Below are positions 51,333 to 61,696 of a DNA stretch of 64,000 bases, in pieces. Source of the DNA: an uncultured Bacillales bacterium (GTDB lineage: Bacteria; Bacillota_I; Bacilli_A; Acholeplasmatales; Anaeroplasmataceae); contig CAMOKL010000004.1 in the NCBI GenBank assembly GCA_946617655.1, positions 7,086 to 71,085 on the forward strand, given 5' to 3'. The notes beneath the pieces were generated by a model. The model did not search any database. It was not told the origin of the DNA and saw nothing but the letters and a program-made list of their open reading frames with translations. Made by a program: the position numbers and the translations under genes. The stretch's first letter is position 1. The number at the start of each line of letters is the position of its first letter.

Positions 51333-52181
51333 TTATTTCTTATCAATTTCATCAGTCGATATATGAACTTCAGGTTTTTGATTTGTCTCTACTTTTTCAA
51401 TAGTATCATTTAGATTTGGATTTTCTTTTCTTAATTCCTCAAGCATTTCTTTTCTCAAATCTTCACGCATCTTATTTAAGTCTTTTTCTTTTAATTCATT
51501 TTCTTTTTTCATCTTTTCAGTCTTTTGTTTTATGAATACATTCCATACTTGAAGACCAATCATTAAAACGAAAATAATTATTAAAATAAAGAATATAAGA
51601 TTTTTATTAATGCCACCTGATAAAAAGCTCATAATACCTACCACCATTATAAATTTACCATAAAACATATCACCTGTTATAGGTTCACTATCTAGTGATA
51701 TATTATTATCTCCTAATGTGATTAAATAATTTTGACATTCAGGAGTAGTTTTAACTGAATAATAATAATTTATTTCATCAATCATATCATCATAAGATAG
51801 ACCTGTAACTGATGGATCATAAGATATTTTATCTTTTAATTCACCATTAGATACCTTACCTACTACTCTATGAATAATAAATTTTTCATTAGATTCTGAA
51901 TAATATATTATTATATCTCCTACTTTAGCATCATCATATTTAGCACCATGATATAGTACATAATCACCTGGGTCTATAGTAGGTTTCATAGATTCAGTTG
52001 GTACATATGATATAGATAGATTAAATATGCTTGGTGGTTGATTATTTACATTACCAATTATTACTTTAATGGTAATGTAAATACAAAGGACTAACATTAA
52101 TATACCAAGAATTGTACCTATAATCATAGATTTAGAATTCTTTTTTCCTTTAACTTTGTTGTCCTTAATTTCATTGTTCAT
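51333..52181 (-). CDS. sipW: Signal peptidase I, SipW/ER-type (S26B)
   Basis: N-terminal TM, VPTESMKPTI (catalytic Ser), IIHRV (His base), TLGDNN and a C-terminal TM. Confidence 0.8.
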   Translation of the reverse strand: MNNEIKDNKVKGKKNSKSMIIGTILGILMLVLCIYITIKVIIGNVNNQPPSIFNLSISYVPTESMKPTIDPGDYVLYHGAKYDDAKVGDIIIYYSESNEKFIIHRVVGKVSNGELKDKISYDPSVTGLSYDDMIDEINYYYSVKTTPECQNYLITLGDNNISLDSEPITGDMFYGKFIMVVGIMSFLSGGINKNLIFFILIIIFVLMIGLQVWNVFIKQKTEKMKKENELKEKDLNKMREDLRKEMLEELRKENPNLNDTIEKVETNQKPEVHISTDEIDKK

Positions 52182-52213
52182 AAAATCAACACCTTTAAAG
52201 TTCTAAATACAAA

Positions 52214-54694
52214 TTATTGCTTCTTCTTAATAGAAATTGTAGGCTTCTTCTTTGGTTTATCAGAAATATCTTCAGCATTTGAAGATTCTTCTTCATCAAA
52301 TAATCCATTTTCAGCCATTAGCTTATCTAATTCGTCATCACTTAAATCATCGATATCTGTATCTGAGATATTATCATGCTTATTAGACATAGCATCATCT
52401 ATTGCTTTAGATTGTGCCTGTTGTTCTTCTTCAGGAGTCATTTCCTTTGGAGCCTCTTCTGATTTAGGTTCTTCTTTAGATTCTGGTGTAGGAGTATCTT
52501 CTACTTTCTTTTTACCGAAGTTAGGGTTACCCTTCTTCTTTTCAGGCTTCTTTAATACAACATTAGATTTCTTTGGCTTATCTTCAACTAGAGGTTCAGT
52601 ATTAACTTCTTCAGGCTGTGCATCTTCTATAGGAGCTTCTTTTGTATCATTTGTTGTACTTTCAACTACATCAGCTGATGCCATATCACCTTCGAAGTTT
52701 TGGTTCATTAATGCTTCAAGCTCTTCATCAGTCATTTCATCTAAATCCTTAGATGTATCTACTTTAGCCTTAGCTTTCTTCTTTGGCTGTGCTTTCTTTG
52801 GCTTTTCTTCTGACTTATCATCAGATGCCTTATCTTCTGCCTTCTTCTTAGCTACAACTTTCTTCTTTGGCTTTTCTTCTACTTCAGGTTCAGCTTGAGC
52901 TTGTACTTCAGGAGCCTGGTTTTCCATATCATTTTGTTTCATTAATGCTTCTAGTTCTTCATCAGATAAATCATCATATTCATCCTTACGTCTTACTGGA
53001 GCATTATCTTGGTTAGCAGCTTCAATTTGAGCTTGTTCAGCCTTTATAGCATCTTCACGTAATTTCTTTAAATATTCACGATTAGATTCCATTAATGGCT
53101 TCATAATATCAATTTCAGCCTGCTTTTCAGGTGAAATAGAAGTTCTAGCATATTCTTGTTCGATACGCTCGCGTTCTAATTCCTTCTGACGTGCTAACGC
53201 AGCCTCTTCTAGACGACGCTTACGAGCTTCTCTCTTACGTTCACGTTCAAGTTCTGCAAGTCTCTTAGCTTCCATTCTTTGACGCTCACGTTCAAGTCTT
53301 TCTTGATCCTTCTGTTCTTTAACCTTAATCTTTTCTTGTAATTTCTCGATAATTCTATCGATATTCTTTTCTTCCTTACCCATTCTGGCAATGTTCATTT
53401 GCTTTGCCTGACGGACAATCTTAAAAACCATTAGTCTACGACGTGCGTATTCTAACTGTTCATATAAATCTTTTGATTCTAATTCTTCATCTGTTACACC
53501 AAATGCCTTTGGATAGATTTGGTCTAACATATCAAGCATTTGACGATAAACAACACGTACAGATTCATTATACTTAGTACCAGTACGCTGAATTGCGTCT
53601 AGTGATTGTTCGAAATACTCACTTGTTTGAGAAAGTAGTAATTCGTTCATTGTATAATCTTCTAGTGTCTTATTATCTGCTTCTAAGTTCATTTCAAGCT
53701 CTAAATCTTGATTTTCTTCAGGCTTTGGAGCTTTTACCTGTGGTAACTTCTTAGTAGCATAAATACCATCAATATTTCTATTTTTGATGAATGCAGTTAA
53801 GGCTAAAGCCATAACCTCATTAACATCCTTATTGAAAATCTGAGTGAATTTGTAATTCTTTTCTTTTACATCAACGTTAGTTGCAATACCATCAACACGG
53901 TCAAGATATAACCATAGACCATAACAAAGCTTGAAATCTGGGTTATGGATAATGATATTAGTCTTCATAATTGGAGGTAATACATCCTTAGCCTTAGCAA
54001 GAGCTCTCATGAATTCAGAATTCTTTAAGCCTTGGATATTTTGTCTTACCTGTAATAATCTTTGGTATTGTTCTTTTGTTGTCTCAACATCAGCAGTTAA
54101 GTCATTCTTAATTGCAACACCTAAATCAATAGTAACTTCTTGTCCTGATAACATGAATACGTTAGTTACTTGCATCTTTTCTGTTTCAAAAGATTCAAGT
54201 GAAACCTTCATTACTTCATATCTTCTTTCCAAGAATAATTCAATTCTTTTAACTAATGATTTAATGAATCTGTTTTCATAAATTGCTAATTCTTCTTCAG
54301 CGAATGTAGTTAATACCTTAGATGGAATAACATCACCATTCTTAGCAATTTCTTTTATTAATTCAGTATGTGAAGCTAAATGTCTTACAGTATCAGAATT
54401 AACTTTACGAGCTTTTTCTACCGCAACTACATCATTTTCATATCTAATTGACTTCTTAGGATCACGCATGATTTTAAGAAGAGCTGGATATACTGATTCA
54501 ATAGTATCAAGGAAGCTCATGTCAAAGTTTCTTATTTCTGATTGTGACTTATTAAATATTGTTTTTTGGCCTGCCTTAACTCTTTGGTAAATATAGTTAC
54601 CATAAGGGTCTGCTGTAGTTTCGTTTTCGATTTCAGCATATATTTTGGCATAATAATTTGTTAAATCGTCATTAGTATAATTAGATTTTGCCAT
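52214..54694 (-). CDS. DUF2357 (McrC-like N-terminal) protein with a coiled coil and acidic tail; no visible nuclease domain
   Basis: YENRFIKSL and NPDFKLCYGLW DUF2357-type motifs; long R/E/K coiled coil; acidic disordered C-terminus. Confidence 0.7.
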   Translation of the reverse strand: MAKSNYTNDDLTNYYAKIYAEIENETTADPYGNYIYQRVKAGQKTIFNKSQSEIRNFDMSFLDTIESVYPALLKIMRDPKKSIRYENDVVAVEKARKVNSDTVRHLASHTELIKEIAKNGDVIPSKVLTTFAEEELAIYENRFIKSLVKRIELFLERRYEVMKVSLESFETEKMQVTNVFMLSGQEVTIDLGVAIKNDLTADVETTKEQYQRLLQVRQNIQGLKNSEFMRALAKAKDVLPPIMKTNIIIHNPDFKLCYGLWLYLDRVDGIATNVDVKEKNYKFTQIFNKDVNEVMALALTAFIKNRNIDGIYATKKLPQVKAPKPEENQDLELEMNLEADNKTLEDYTMNELLLSQTSEYFEQSLDAIQRTGTKYNESVRVVYRQMLDMLDQIYPKAFGVTDEELESKDLYEQLEYARRRLMVFKIVRQAKQMNIARMGKEEKNIDRIIEKLQEKIKVKEQKDQERLERERQRMEAKRLAELERERKREARKRRLEEAALARQKELERERIEQEYARTSISPEKQAEIDIMKPLMESNREYLKKLREDAIKAEQAQIEAANQDNAPVRRKDEYDDLSDEELEALMKQNDMENQAPEVQAQAEPEVEEKPKKKVVAKKKAEDKASDDKSEEKPKKAQPKKKAKAKVDTSKDLDEMTDEELEALMNQNFEGDMASADVVESTTNDTKEAPIEDAQPEEVNTEPLVEDKPKKSNVVLKKPEKKKGNPNFGKKKVEDTPTPESKEEPKSEEAPKEMTPEEEQQAQSKAIDDAMSNKHDNISDTDIDDLSDDELDKLMAENGLFDEEESSNAEDISDKPKKKPTISIKKKQ

Positions 54695-54743
54695 GAAACC
54701 ACCCCAATTAGTAATGATTTTATAGTATTAAAGGCTACTATAA

Positions 54744-56288
54744 TTACTGCATCTTCTTTAAATCTTGAATGAAATCTTTAGATACCTTAAATTCTTCCTT
54801 ACCGAATAAACGGTCAAGTAATAATGTTAATTCATCTAATTCTGTCTTTAAGAAAGTTAAGTTTAACATTTCAAACTTTCTTAAAATCTTTGTTGTTAAC
54901 ATATAGTCAAGGGCTTCAAATTCACTGAATCCACATGCCATATAAACTGGTACGAATAATCTGATCTGCTTCATAATACGGTTACCGAATGCGATCTTGA
55001 ACTTATCTTGAATGAAGTTATCAAGTTCTTGGAATGCATTTGATGCGATTTCAGATAAATTGTATCCTGATTGAGTTCTCTTAAATAAATCATCTAAGTA
55101 TTCGAATGTCATTGAAATAGGCTCTGTATATGGAGCATCAATGAATTCTGCTTTTTTGTTAATTTGAATTGCAACAGCACGGTCGTAAACCTTATCTGTA
55201 ATAGTGAATGTAGAGTCATCCTTGTTGGCTGTACCAACGAACCAAATGTTTTGTGGTATTAATAATTTACCATTAATTAAGTTCTTAGGGTCAGTAGGTT
55301 CAGATACTGGAACTAAGTCAATCTTCCATTCATTAGCATCTGGCATTTCCATTACTGATAAGAATTCTGCGAAATAATACTCGATACGTGCTAGGTTCAT
55401 TTCATCTAGTACTGTGATATTAATTGTGTCTGAATAAGAAGCTTCATAAACACTTCTTAAGAAGTCTGTTTCATTGAATCTCTTTGTGAATTCGTTTAAG
55501 TAACCTAATAATTCAGCACGGTCACGCCATGAAGGCTGTACAGAAATAATCTTTGTATCATTTTGGAAGAACTTACCCATTGCATAAGGAAGGGAAGTCT
55601 TACCTGTACCTGAGATACCTTCTAGGATAGCTACTTTAGAAGTTGCCATACCAGCGATAAATCTAGCGATAATATCTCTTGAATAATACAAATGTAATTG
55701 TGATGCTGCGAAGTTAATGAATCTATCAACTAATTCTGATAATCCAATCATATCAGATTGATTCATAACTGTAATCTTTGGATTTTCTTCAGCTAATTGG
55801 TCAACTTGAATAAGCTTAGAGAATCTAGAGTTAACATCTACACCCTTCTTCTTAGCACCAGAACCATCATAATCTGCAGCACCTTGAGTACCAGCACCGA
55901 TTTGTGAAACTCTCATTGCTAAGATCTTATTCTTTTCATCGATTAGTTCAACAACCTTTTGGTTTAATAATGATACTTCTTCAACTAAAGCATCCTTATC
56001 AACTTCACGCTTTACGAACTTAACATATCTTCTTACTAACTGATATAATAATACAATTAATAATCCAATAAAACCGATATTAATAATTAATACTAGTATG
56101 AATGCAATATAGTCTAATGCATTCCAAGATCCAATGGCATCTCCAATTGCTGGAAAATAACCGTCTGCATTCCACCAGTCACCATAAAATACCTTTACGA
56201 TGATGGAAATGTGAGCAATGAACCACTCACAAATGTTATTCCATAGATCTCCTAAAAATTGTACATAATATTGTGCAAATCCGCTCAT
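54744..56288 (-). CDS. Membrane-anchored McrB-like AAA+ GTPase
   Basis: Walker A GISGTGKT, SVQPSW, Walker B LDEMNLAR and McrB-type GTANKDD signature; N-terminal hydrophobic helix plus a coiled coil. Confidence 0.82.
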   Translation of the reverse strand: MSGFAQYYVQFLGDLWNNICEWFIAHISIIVKVFYGDWWNADGYFPAIGDAIGSWNALDYIAFILVLIINIGFIGLLIVLLYQLVRRYVKFVKREVDKDALVEEVSLLNQKVVELIDEKNKILAMRVSQIGAGTQGAADYDGSGAKKKGVDVNSRFSKLIQVDQLAEENPKITVMNQSDMIGLSELVDRFINFAASQLHLYYSRDIIARFIAGMATSKVAILEGISGTGKTSLPYAMGKFFQNDTKIISVQPSWRDRAELLGYLNEFTKRFNETDFLRSVYEASYSDTINITVLDEMNLARIEYYFAEFLSVMEMPDANEWKIDLVPVSEPTDPKNLINGKLLIPQNIWFVGTANKDDSTFTITDKVYDRAVAIQINKKAEFIDAPYTEPISMTFEYLDDLFKRTQSGYNLSEIASNAFQELDNFIQDKFKIAFGNRIMKQIRLFVPVYMACGFSEFEALDYMLTTKILRKFEMLNLTFLKTELDELTLLLDRLFGKEEFKVSKDFIQDLKKMQ

Positions 56289-56356
56289 ATTATCGTTCCC
56301 CGTTTCTTTGAATATAAATACTAAGTTTGCCCCATACTATGTATGAGGCTTCTTAA

Positions 56357-57829
56357 TTATTCACTCTTTTTTGTAGTCTTTTTAGCTGTGCTCTTTTTAG
56401 CACCAGTCTTTGTAGAAGTTGTTTTCTTTTCAGTAGTTGACTTCTTTGTAGTACTTCTAGTCTTCTTAGGCTTTTCTTCTACAGGAGCCTCATCTTCTTC
56501 TAATGCAGGATGACTTGCATCATCTTCTTGCTTAGTTTCTTCTACTTCACTTTCTACTGGAGTTTCTTCAACTGAAGTCTCTTCAGTTTGAGTTTCTTCA
56601 TGTGTTTCTACTTCATCTTCTTGAGGTTTTGTAACATCTTCTACCTCATTAACATTATTATCTTCTTCTACTTCAGGTAAAACTTCTTCTTCAACAACTG
56701 TTTCTTCTTGATTATTTTCAGTTTCAACTGGAGCATCAAGAGTTTCGTTATTATCTTCTACAGGAGTATCTTCTTCTACTGTAGGAACAGTTTCTTCTTG
56801 AGTGTTTTCTTCTACTACTTCTTCATTTGCTAAAGAATTATTATCTTCTTTTATTTCTTCCTTAACATCATTTTCTACTTCTTTAATATCATCATTTGCA
56901 ACATCATTTGCAACAATTACTGGTGCAGTATCAACATTTGCTCTTGCAATTGATTCATCCTTAATTTGTTGAGCTCTTAATTCAGCAAGTAATTCTTGCT
57001 TCATTCTTTCACGCTCTGCTTCCATATCAATAGGTTGATTAGAAACTACCTTACCATCCTTTGTAATTCCTCTCTTTTCATTTCTATAATCCATGAAATT
57101 CTTAATTACAAAGAAAATTTCAATTATTAACAATACTGCTACTGGGAATACAAAATATAATAACCAGTTGTTACGGATATTATCAGCAACTTTACCGCCA
57201 CCATACCAAACATCATTAACTTTTCCATATATCGTATTTAAATTTGATTCACCAAACACCTGAATATCATCAGAAGCTTCTAAATCATATATCTGATCCT
57301 TAGTGTGGCTAGAAACCCATGCATCATCAAATACACCCTTATTTACAGCTATCATATCACCTTCAGTATATAATTTAACTATTTTATTATCAGCATTTTT
57401 TAAAATATATACTATTCTGTGGGTATTATAAATTTTTTGTCCATCTTTTTCATCTTGGAATGTAACAACATCACCAACTTGTAATTCTTGTCTTTTAGAA
57501 TCGTTTAAGATGTTTACAATTACTAAATCACCAATACTAAATTGTTTAATTTTATAATCATTATAATCAGATTTAACCGAAATAATAGCCGATGATGAAG
57601 CTTCCATTGAGTTAGATTGTACAGATAAGAATCCTGTACCAAATATATTTGGAATACCATTCTTACCAGCACCTGCATTTATATTCGCAATAGAAAGTAA
57701 GAATAAAAATACTAGTACTGAATAAAATACTATATTACCAGCTATCTTTAAACCCAAGAACACTTTTTGCTTAGGTGTCTTCTTAGGCTTTTCTTTTTTA
57801 ATATCATTTTGAATATTAGTTTCTTGCAT
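56357..57829 (-). CDS. sipW: Second SipW-type signal peptidase with a long acidic cytoplasmic tail
   Basis: TM, SVQSNSME, NTHRIV, TEGD, second TM, then an E/T/V-rich tail ending in a K/T-rich segment. Confidence 0.72.
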   Translation of the reverse strand: MQETNIQNDIKKEKPKKTPKQKVFLGLKIAGNIVFYSVLVFLFLLSIANINAGAGKNGIPNIFGTGFLSVQSNSMEASSSAIISVKSDYNDYKIKQFSIGDLVIVNILNDSKRQELQVGDVVTFQDEKDGQKIYNTHRIVYILKNADNKIVKLYTEGDMIAVNKGVFDDAWVSSHTKDQIYDLEASDDIQVFGESNLNTIYGKVNDVWYGGGKVADNIRNNWLLYFVFPVAVLLIIEIFFVIKNFMDYRNEKRGITKDGKVVSNQPIDMEAERERMKQELLAELRAQQIKDESIARANVDTAPVIVANDVANDDIKEVENDVKEEIKEDNNSLANEEVVEENTQEETVPTVEEDTPVEDNNETLDAPVETENNQEETVVEEEVLPEVEEDNNVNEVEDVTKPQEDEVETHEETQTEETSVEETPVESEVEETKQEDDASHPALEEDEAPVEEKPKKTRSTTKKSTTEKKTTSTKTGAKKSTAKKTTKKSE

Positions 57830-57982
57830 AAAATCACTAATCCTTTCCCAAACGACAAACCATAGTATATTAATATTTTACCATAATCCCAATTAAAATA
57901 ACAAATTTTTTTTATAGTATAACCATATTGTTATTTTATTTAATAAAGCGAACTAATAGTTTTTCGTTTTATTAAATAAAAT

Positions 57983-58012
57983 AAAAGCCATAAAGTCTCC
58001 CTTATGGCTTTT
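57983..58012 (-). terminator. Terminator after the secreted-protein cluster
   Basis: AAAAGCCATAA-8nt-TTATGGCTTTT. Confidence 0.72.
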
Positions 58013-58029
58013 AAGTCATAATTTATGAG

Positions 58030-59190
58030 TTAAATATCTTCATCAGCGGTAAATGTCAAGTTAAGTGTTGTTGGTTTTTGATCAATACCAAATAAACAAT
58101 CAGAATCCCAACCCTCAGCCCAAAAGTAAACTGTTACTTTAACTTTAGTTTGTACTCCTGAATGAACACCTAAGAAATTACCTGATTCTAACTCTGAATT
58201 ACTAGCTTTCGCTCTAATTTCTCGGTTTTCGTTTGTAATTTCTAAATCATTTACGCCTCTGTTGACTGCGTTTGAAAGACATTCTTCAAAATATTCTTTT
58301 TTTCCTGTGTAAATACTATTTTTTAAATATGGACGAATAACTAGAAGTTCTTTTAAAGCTGTATTTCTTTCTTCTTCTAATATGCCACCTAAACTATATG
58401 AACCGTCTTCACTTAATGCTGGTTCTTGTGTACCACCTTGATAGATTTTCAAATCATTAGGTTCAGCATTATCGTTGTATTCAGCATTTATGTCAAGTGG
58501 ACTAAAAATTTCAAAAGCAAACCTCATTGCATTAGCTGAATTTACAGTATAAACATTAGGTAAACTCTTTAATATAGTATTTTTAGGGTTGTCTTCTAAC
58601 CCTATAAATGGATTACCATTAGAAAAGTTGAAATCAGCTAAAGTACCAACTAAAGTATTCTCCAATTCTGTCATTAAAATTGGTGCATTAATCTCAGTTG
58701 TTTCAAGATTAATACCTTCTTTAGTATCTACAGAAAAATATAAATCAAATTTATAGTAACCAATAGTATCAATCATACTAAGATAATCTCTTTGTTTGTA
58801 ATCAATAGCCTGGAAAGATGTAAGCTTATTATCGCTTACTGTAGTAGTTAAAGGTGTTAAAGTTAGTTTAGAGAATATCGTCTCTATTGAATTATCATCC
58901 TGGCCATCAATATATGAAGAATATTCACTAGAGTTTTTTCTATTCTTAAGAATTTGTCTTTCTATTTCAATTGTATCAACAGCTTCACCAAATGTGCCAT
59001 TTTTGCCACTGCCTGAAATTGTTAAATAATAATTAGCTTTAGTTTCTTGTATTTTAAGATTCATCTCAAAATTAGAAACACTAGCATAAGTGAAGATACC
59101 AACCCATGCGAAAGTAGTGGCAATCATAGTAATCAAAACTACTACGCTAGTTAGTAAGCTAATTATTATTTTTTTGCTTAAACCTCGCAC
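58030..59190 (-). CDS. Secreted paralog 5 with a SipW-type signal peptide (TasA/CalY-like export)
   Basis: Signal ends ATTFAW; YYKFDLYF, NAMRF and C-terminal FWAEGWDSDC...LNLTF motifs. Confidence 0.7.
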   Translation of the reverse strand: MRGLSKKIIISLLTSVVVLITMIATTFAWVGIFTYASVSNFEMNLKIQETKANYYLTISGSGKNGTFGEAVDTIEIERQILKNRKNSSEYSSYIDGQDDNSIETIFSKLTLTPLTTTVSDNKLTSFQAIDYKQRDYLSMIDTIGYYKFDLYFSVDTKEGINLETTEINAPILMTELENTLVGTLADFNFSNGNPFIGLEDNPKNTILKSLPNVYTVNSANAMRFAFEIFSPLDINAEYNDNAEPNDLKIYQGGTQEPALSEDGSYSLGGILEEERNTALKELLVIRPYLKNSIYTGKKEYFEECLSNAVNRGVNDLEITNENREIRAKASNSELESGNFLGVHSGVQTKVKVTVYFWAEGWDSDCLFGIDQKPTTLNLTFTADEDI

Positions 59191-59236
59191 GGGTTGTTTT
59201 CCTCCTTCTTAATAAAATATAAAGTTACTTTATATT

Positions 59237-60244
59237 TTAGCCGTTATTATTAGCCTTCTTTTCGATACCTTGGAATTCCATATCTAATGCAAATGTTTGT
59301 TGACGACATGCATCGAAACACATCTTATCCCAACCATCAAGATAAATATCGAATCTTACCATTAAGATACTATCTAATCCGCCAGCGTTAGCACCAGCTC
59401 CTGTAGAAAGACTAAATACATAATCACCCTTTGCGAATGTAGCAATATCAGTTACAGAATCTTCTGAAGATAAAAGTGTTTCACTAATTTTTGTATTTTT
59501 AACATTATTATAATATGTATGTGCATTAGCATCAGCACCTGTATTTGTACCCTTACCTGGAGCATTTTGACCATCTGTCTTTGCAGCAATTGAATCACAA
59601 GAATAAGCTGTTCTAGTTGCTTCATCATCAGTTGCTAATAATGGTGATGCTGTAGCACTTGCAGCAACTTCTGTGCCATTACCAATTGTTACAACAACAT
59701 TTGTTGCGTATAACATATCTACATAGTAAGTGTTACCACCAGCTCCTGTACCTTCAGCTAAAACTGACTTAGTAGGTAAAGATGCGCCAGTAGTTGTATT
59801 TCTTAAATCAAACTTCTTTACTTGAACATTTAAATCTGCTGAAGAACCTGACTTGAAATATACATAGAATGAAATATATCCATCAGAAGCTGTAGTACCA
59901 CCAGTAACTGCACCACCTTCCTTATTTTCATTTGGACTCCAAGTATAATACTTACCAGCCTCTAAAGCTGAGTTATTAGTCTTAACTTTTGTACCAGCAT
60001 ATGCAACTGGATCTAAAGTTACTGCTGATGTATCTACATCAATTTGAGCACCCCAATGACCAACCTTTGCAGAATCAGAGATTAGTAATAATGTTGCATC
60101 TTTTTCATTTGTCTTACCTGTAATACCTTCAGCCTTAACTGTATCGTTTGAAGTATACCAAGCGAATGTTGTTGAAACTAATGTTGTTGCACAAGCTGCT
60201 AAAGCTGCGCATGATAAACCTAATTTTAAACCTAATTTTCTCAT
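59237..60244 (-). CDS. Secreted paralog 4, small-residue-rich (possible major subunit)
   Basis: Signal ends STTFAW; YISFYVYF, HTYYNN and YLDGWDKMC motifs; A/T/G-rich composition. Confidence 0.7.
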   Translation of the reverse strand: MRKLGLKLGLSCAALAACATTLVSTTFAWYTSNDTVKAEGITGKTNEKDATLLLISDSAKVGHWGAQIDVDTSAVTLDPVAYAGTKVKTNNSALEAGKYYTWSPNENKEGGAVTGGTTASDGYISFYVYFKSGSSADLNVQVKKFDLRNTTTGASLPTKSVLAEGTGAGGNTYYVDMLYATNVVVTIGNGTEVAASATASPLLATDDEATRTAYSCDSIAAKTDGQNAPGKGTNTGADANAHTYYNNVKNTKISETLLSSEDSVTDIATFAKGDYVFSLSTGAGANAGGLDSILMVRFDIYLDGWDKMCFDACRQQTFALDMEFQGIEKKANNNG

Positions 60245-60298
60245 AATTTTTTCTCCTTTTATTTTTTTTATTTTTTTAGATTTTTTTGACTAATTTTT

Positions 60299-61624
60299 TT
60301 ATTCTCCACTATAAACCTTAGTCGAGTTAAATAGTAGATGTACATTAATAGAACTTGACAGACCATCGAAGCAGTCGGCATCCCAACCCTCCAGCCAAAA
60401 TCTACATGTTACCTGTTTTACTGCACCGCCTGACTCAACTGTAGTAATTACATGTTTGTTTCCATTACCATTTGTTATGTCAGCGTACTTTAATGTATTA
60501 AGACGAACGTCATCTTCATTGTAATCAATTAATTTCTCTGTTAATTTTGCGTTCTTCTTAATGTTGTTATAGTAAGTGTACATTGCATTGATGTTAGCAC
60601 AATATGCTTTTTCAAGCTCAGTTACTTCATCTCCGTCTGCAAACACTTTACTATTTTCATAAGTTGTAGCAAAGCTACCTAAGTTAGTGACTTCAACATC
60701 TTCACCAGCGATATTTTCTGTACCTTCTTGATTTAACTCATATATTAGAGTTTTTTCAATTTCAGTAACTACTTCTTCATTTTCTGGTTCAGTTACAACT
60801 GGTTCTGTAACTATAGGTCCTACTGGATCAGTTACATCAGTTTGTGCTGTAGATGTTGTTAATGGTTCATCTTCATCTACTGATGTTTCTTGTACATATG
60901 TACTTGAAGTCATACTAAATCTCATCGCATTTGAGGAATAAACATTTACATAGTCAAAATTATCTTGTGATAATGATTTAACTACATTATCCTTTGTTAC
61001 AAGTCTCATATCATCTAATAATTCGACATGATCTACTTCATTAGATTTGATATAAGTACCAGCTACTGTTTTATCAGTAGTGTTATCTTCACTTGCAATT
61101 TGTCCTTCGTTCATACCAGAACTTATTACTTTATCTCCAGTTAAATATATTGCATATTTTTGATTTTCAGTATCTTTATCAGAAACTGCTTTAAAATATA
61201 AATTTAACTGAACATATCTTCCATCTTTTGGACTTACTGTTGAACCAGATAGATTCTTTAAGACTCTACCATCTTCACTTGTTACTGGATATAACAATAT
61301 ATCATTTGCGATAATCTTATTGATTGTTGCATCAGTAACTTGTTGTCCTGCATATTCTAATGAATTGCCATCCTTAGAGAACTTATAGTTCTTGTTATAA
61401 CCATGAACCATAGCCATTCTCATTTGAGATGATGATAAGTTATGATAATAATGAGTACCATCTACAGAAACCTGAAATCCAAGTCCACCTGTTACATCGA
61501 AATCAAATCCACTTACAACTGCTGTAGAGTTGATTTGGAACCATGCATAAGTAGTTGAAAATAAGCTTAAACCAGTTAATGCCACTGTTGAAATGCCTAC
61601 TATCAGTTTTCTTAAGTGTTTCAT
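60299..61624 (-). CDS. Secreted paralog 3 with a SipW-type signal peptide
   Basis: STTYAWF; YVQLNLYF, NAMRF, MYTYYNN and FWLEGWDADC motifs. Confidence 0.7.
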   Translation of the reverse strand: MKHLRKLIVGISTVALTGLSLFSTTYAWFQINSTAVVSGFDFDVTGGLGFQVSVDGTHYYHNLSSSQMRMAMVHGYNKNYKFSKDGNSLEYAGQQVTDATINKIIANDILLYPVTSEDGRVLKNLSGSTVSPKDGRYVQLNLYFKAVSDKDTENQKYAIYLTGDKVISSGMNEGQIASEDNTTDKTVAGTYIKSNEVDHVELLDDMRLVTKDNVVKSLSQDNFDYVNVYSSNAMRFSMTSSTYVQETSVDEDEPLTTSTAQTDVTDPVGPIVTEPVVTEPENEEVVTEIEKTLIYELNQEGTENIAGEDVEVTNLGSFATTYENSKVFADGDEVTELEKAYCANINAMYTYYNNIKKNAKLTEKLIDYNEDDVRLNTLKYADITNGNGNKHVITTVESGGAVKQVTCRFWLEGWDADCFDGLSSSINVHLLFNSTKVYSGE

Positions 61625-61696
61625 GAATACCCCCCTTGCTATAAATTTTTACTGCTATATATCAATACTTTCTAGAGTATTAATACCAAATAATTG

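Noticed and set aside
54744-56288. Canonical McrBC restriction system
   Set aside because: No DNA-recognition domain on the GTPase, no visible nuclease motif on the partner and no methylase nearby; reported instead as a repurposed pair.
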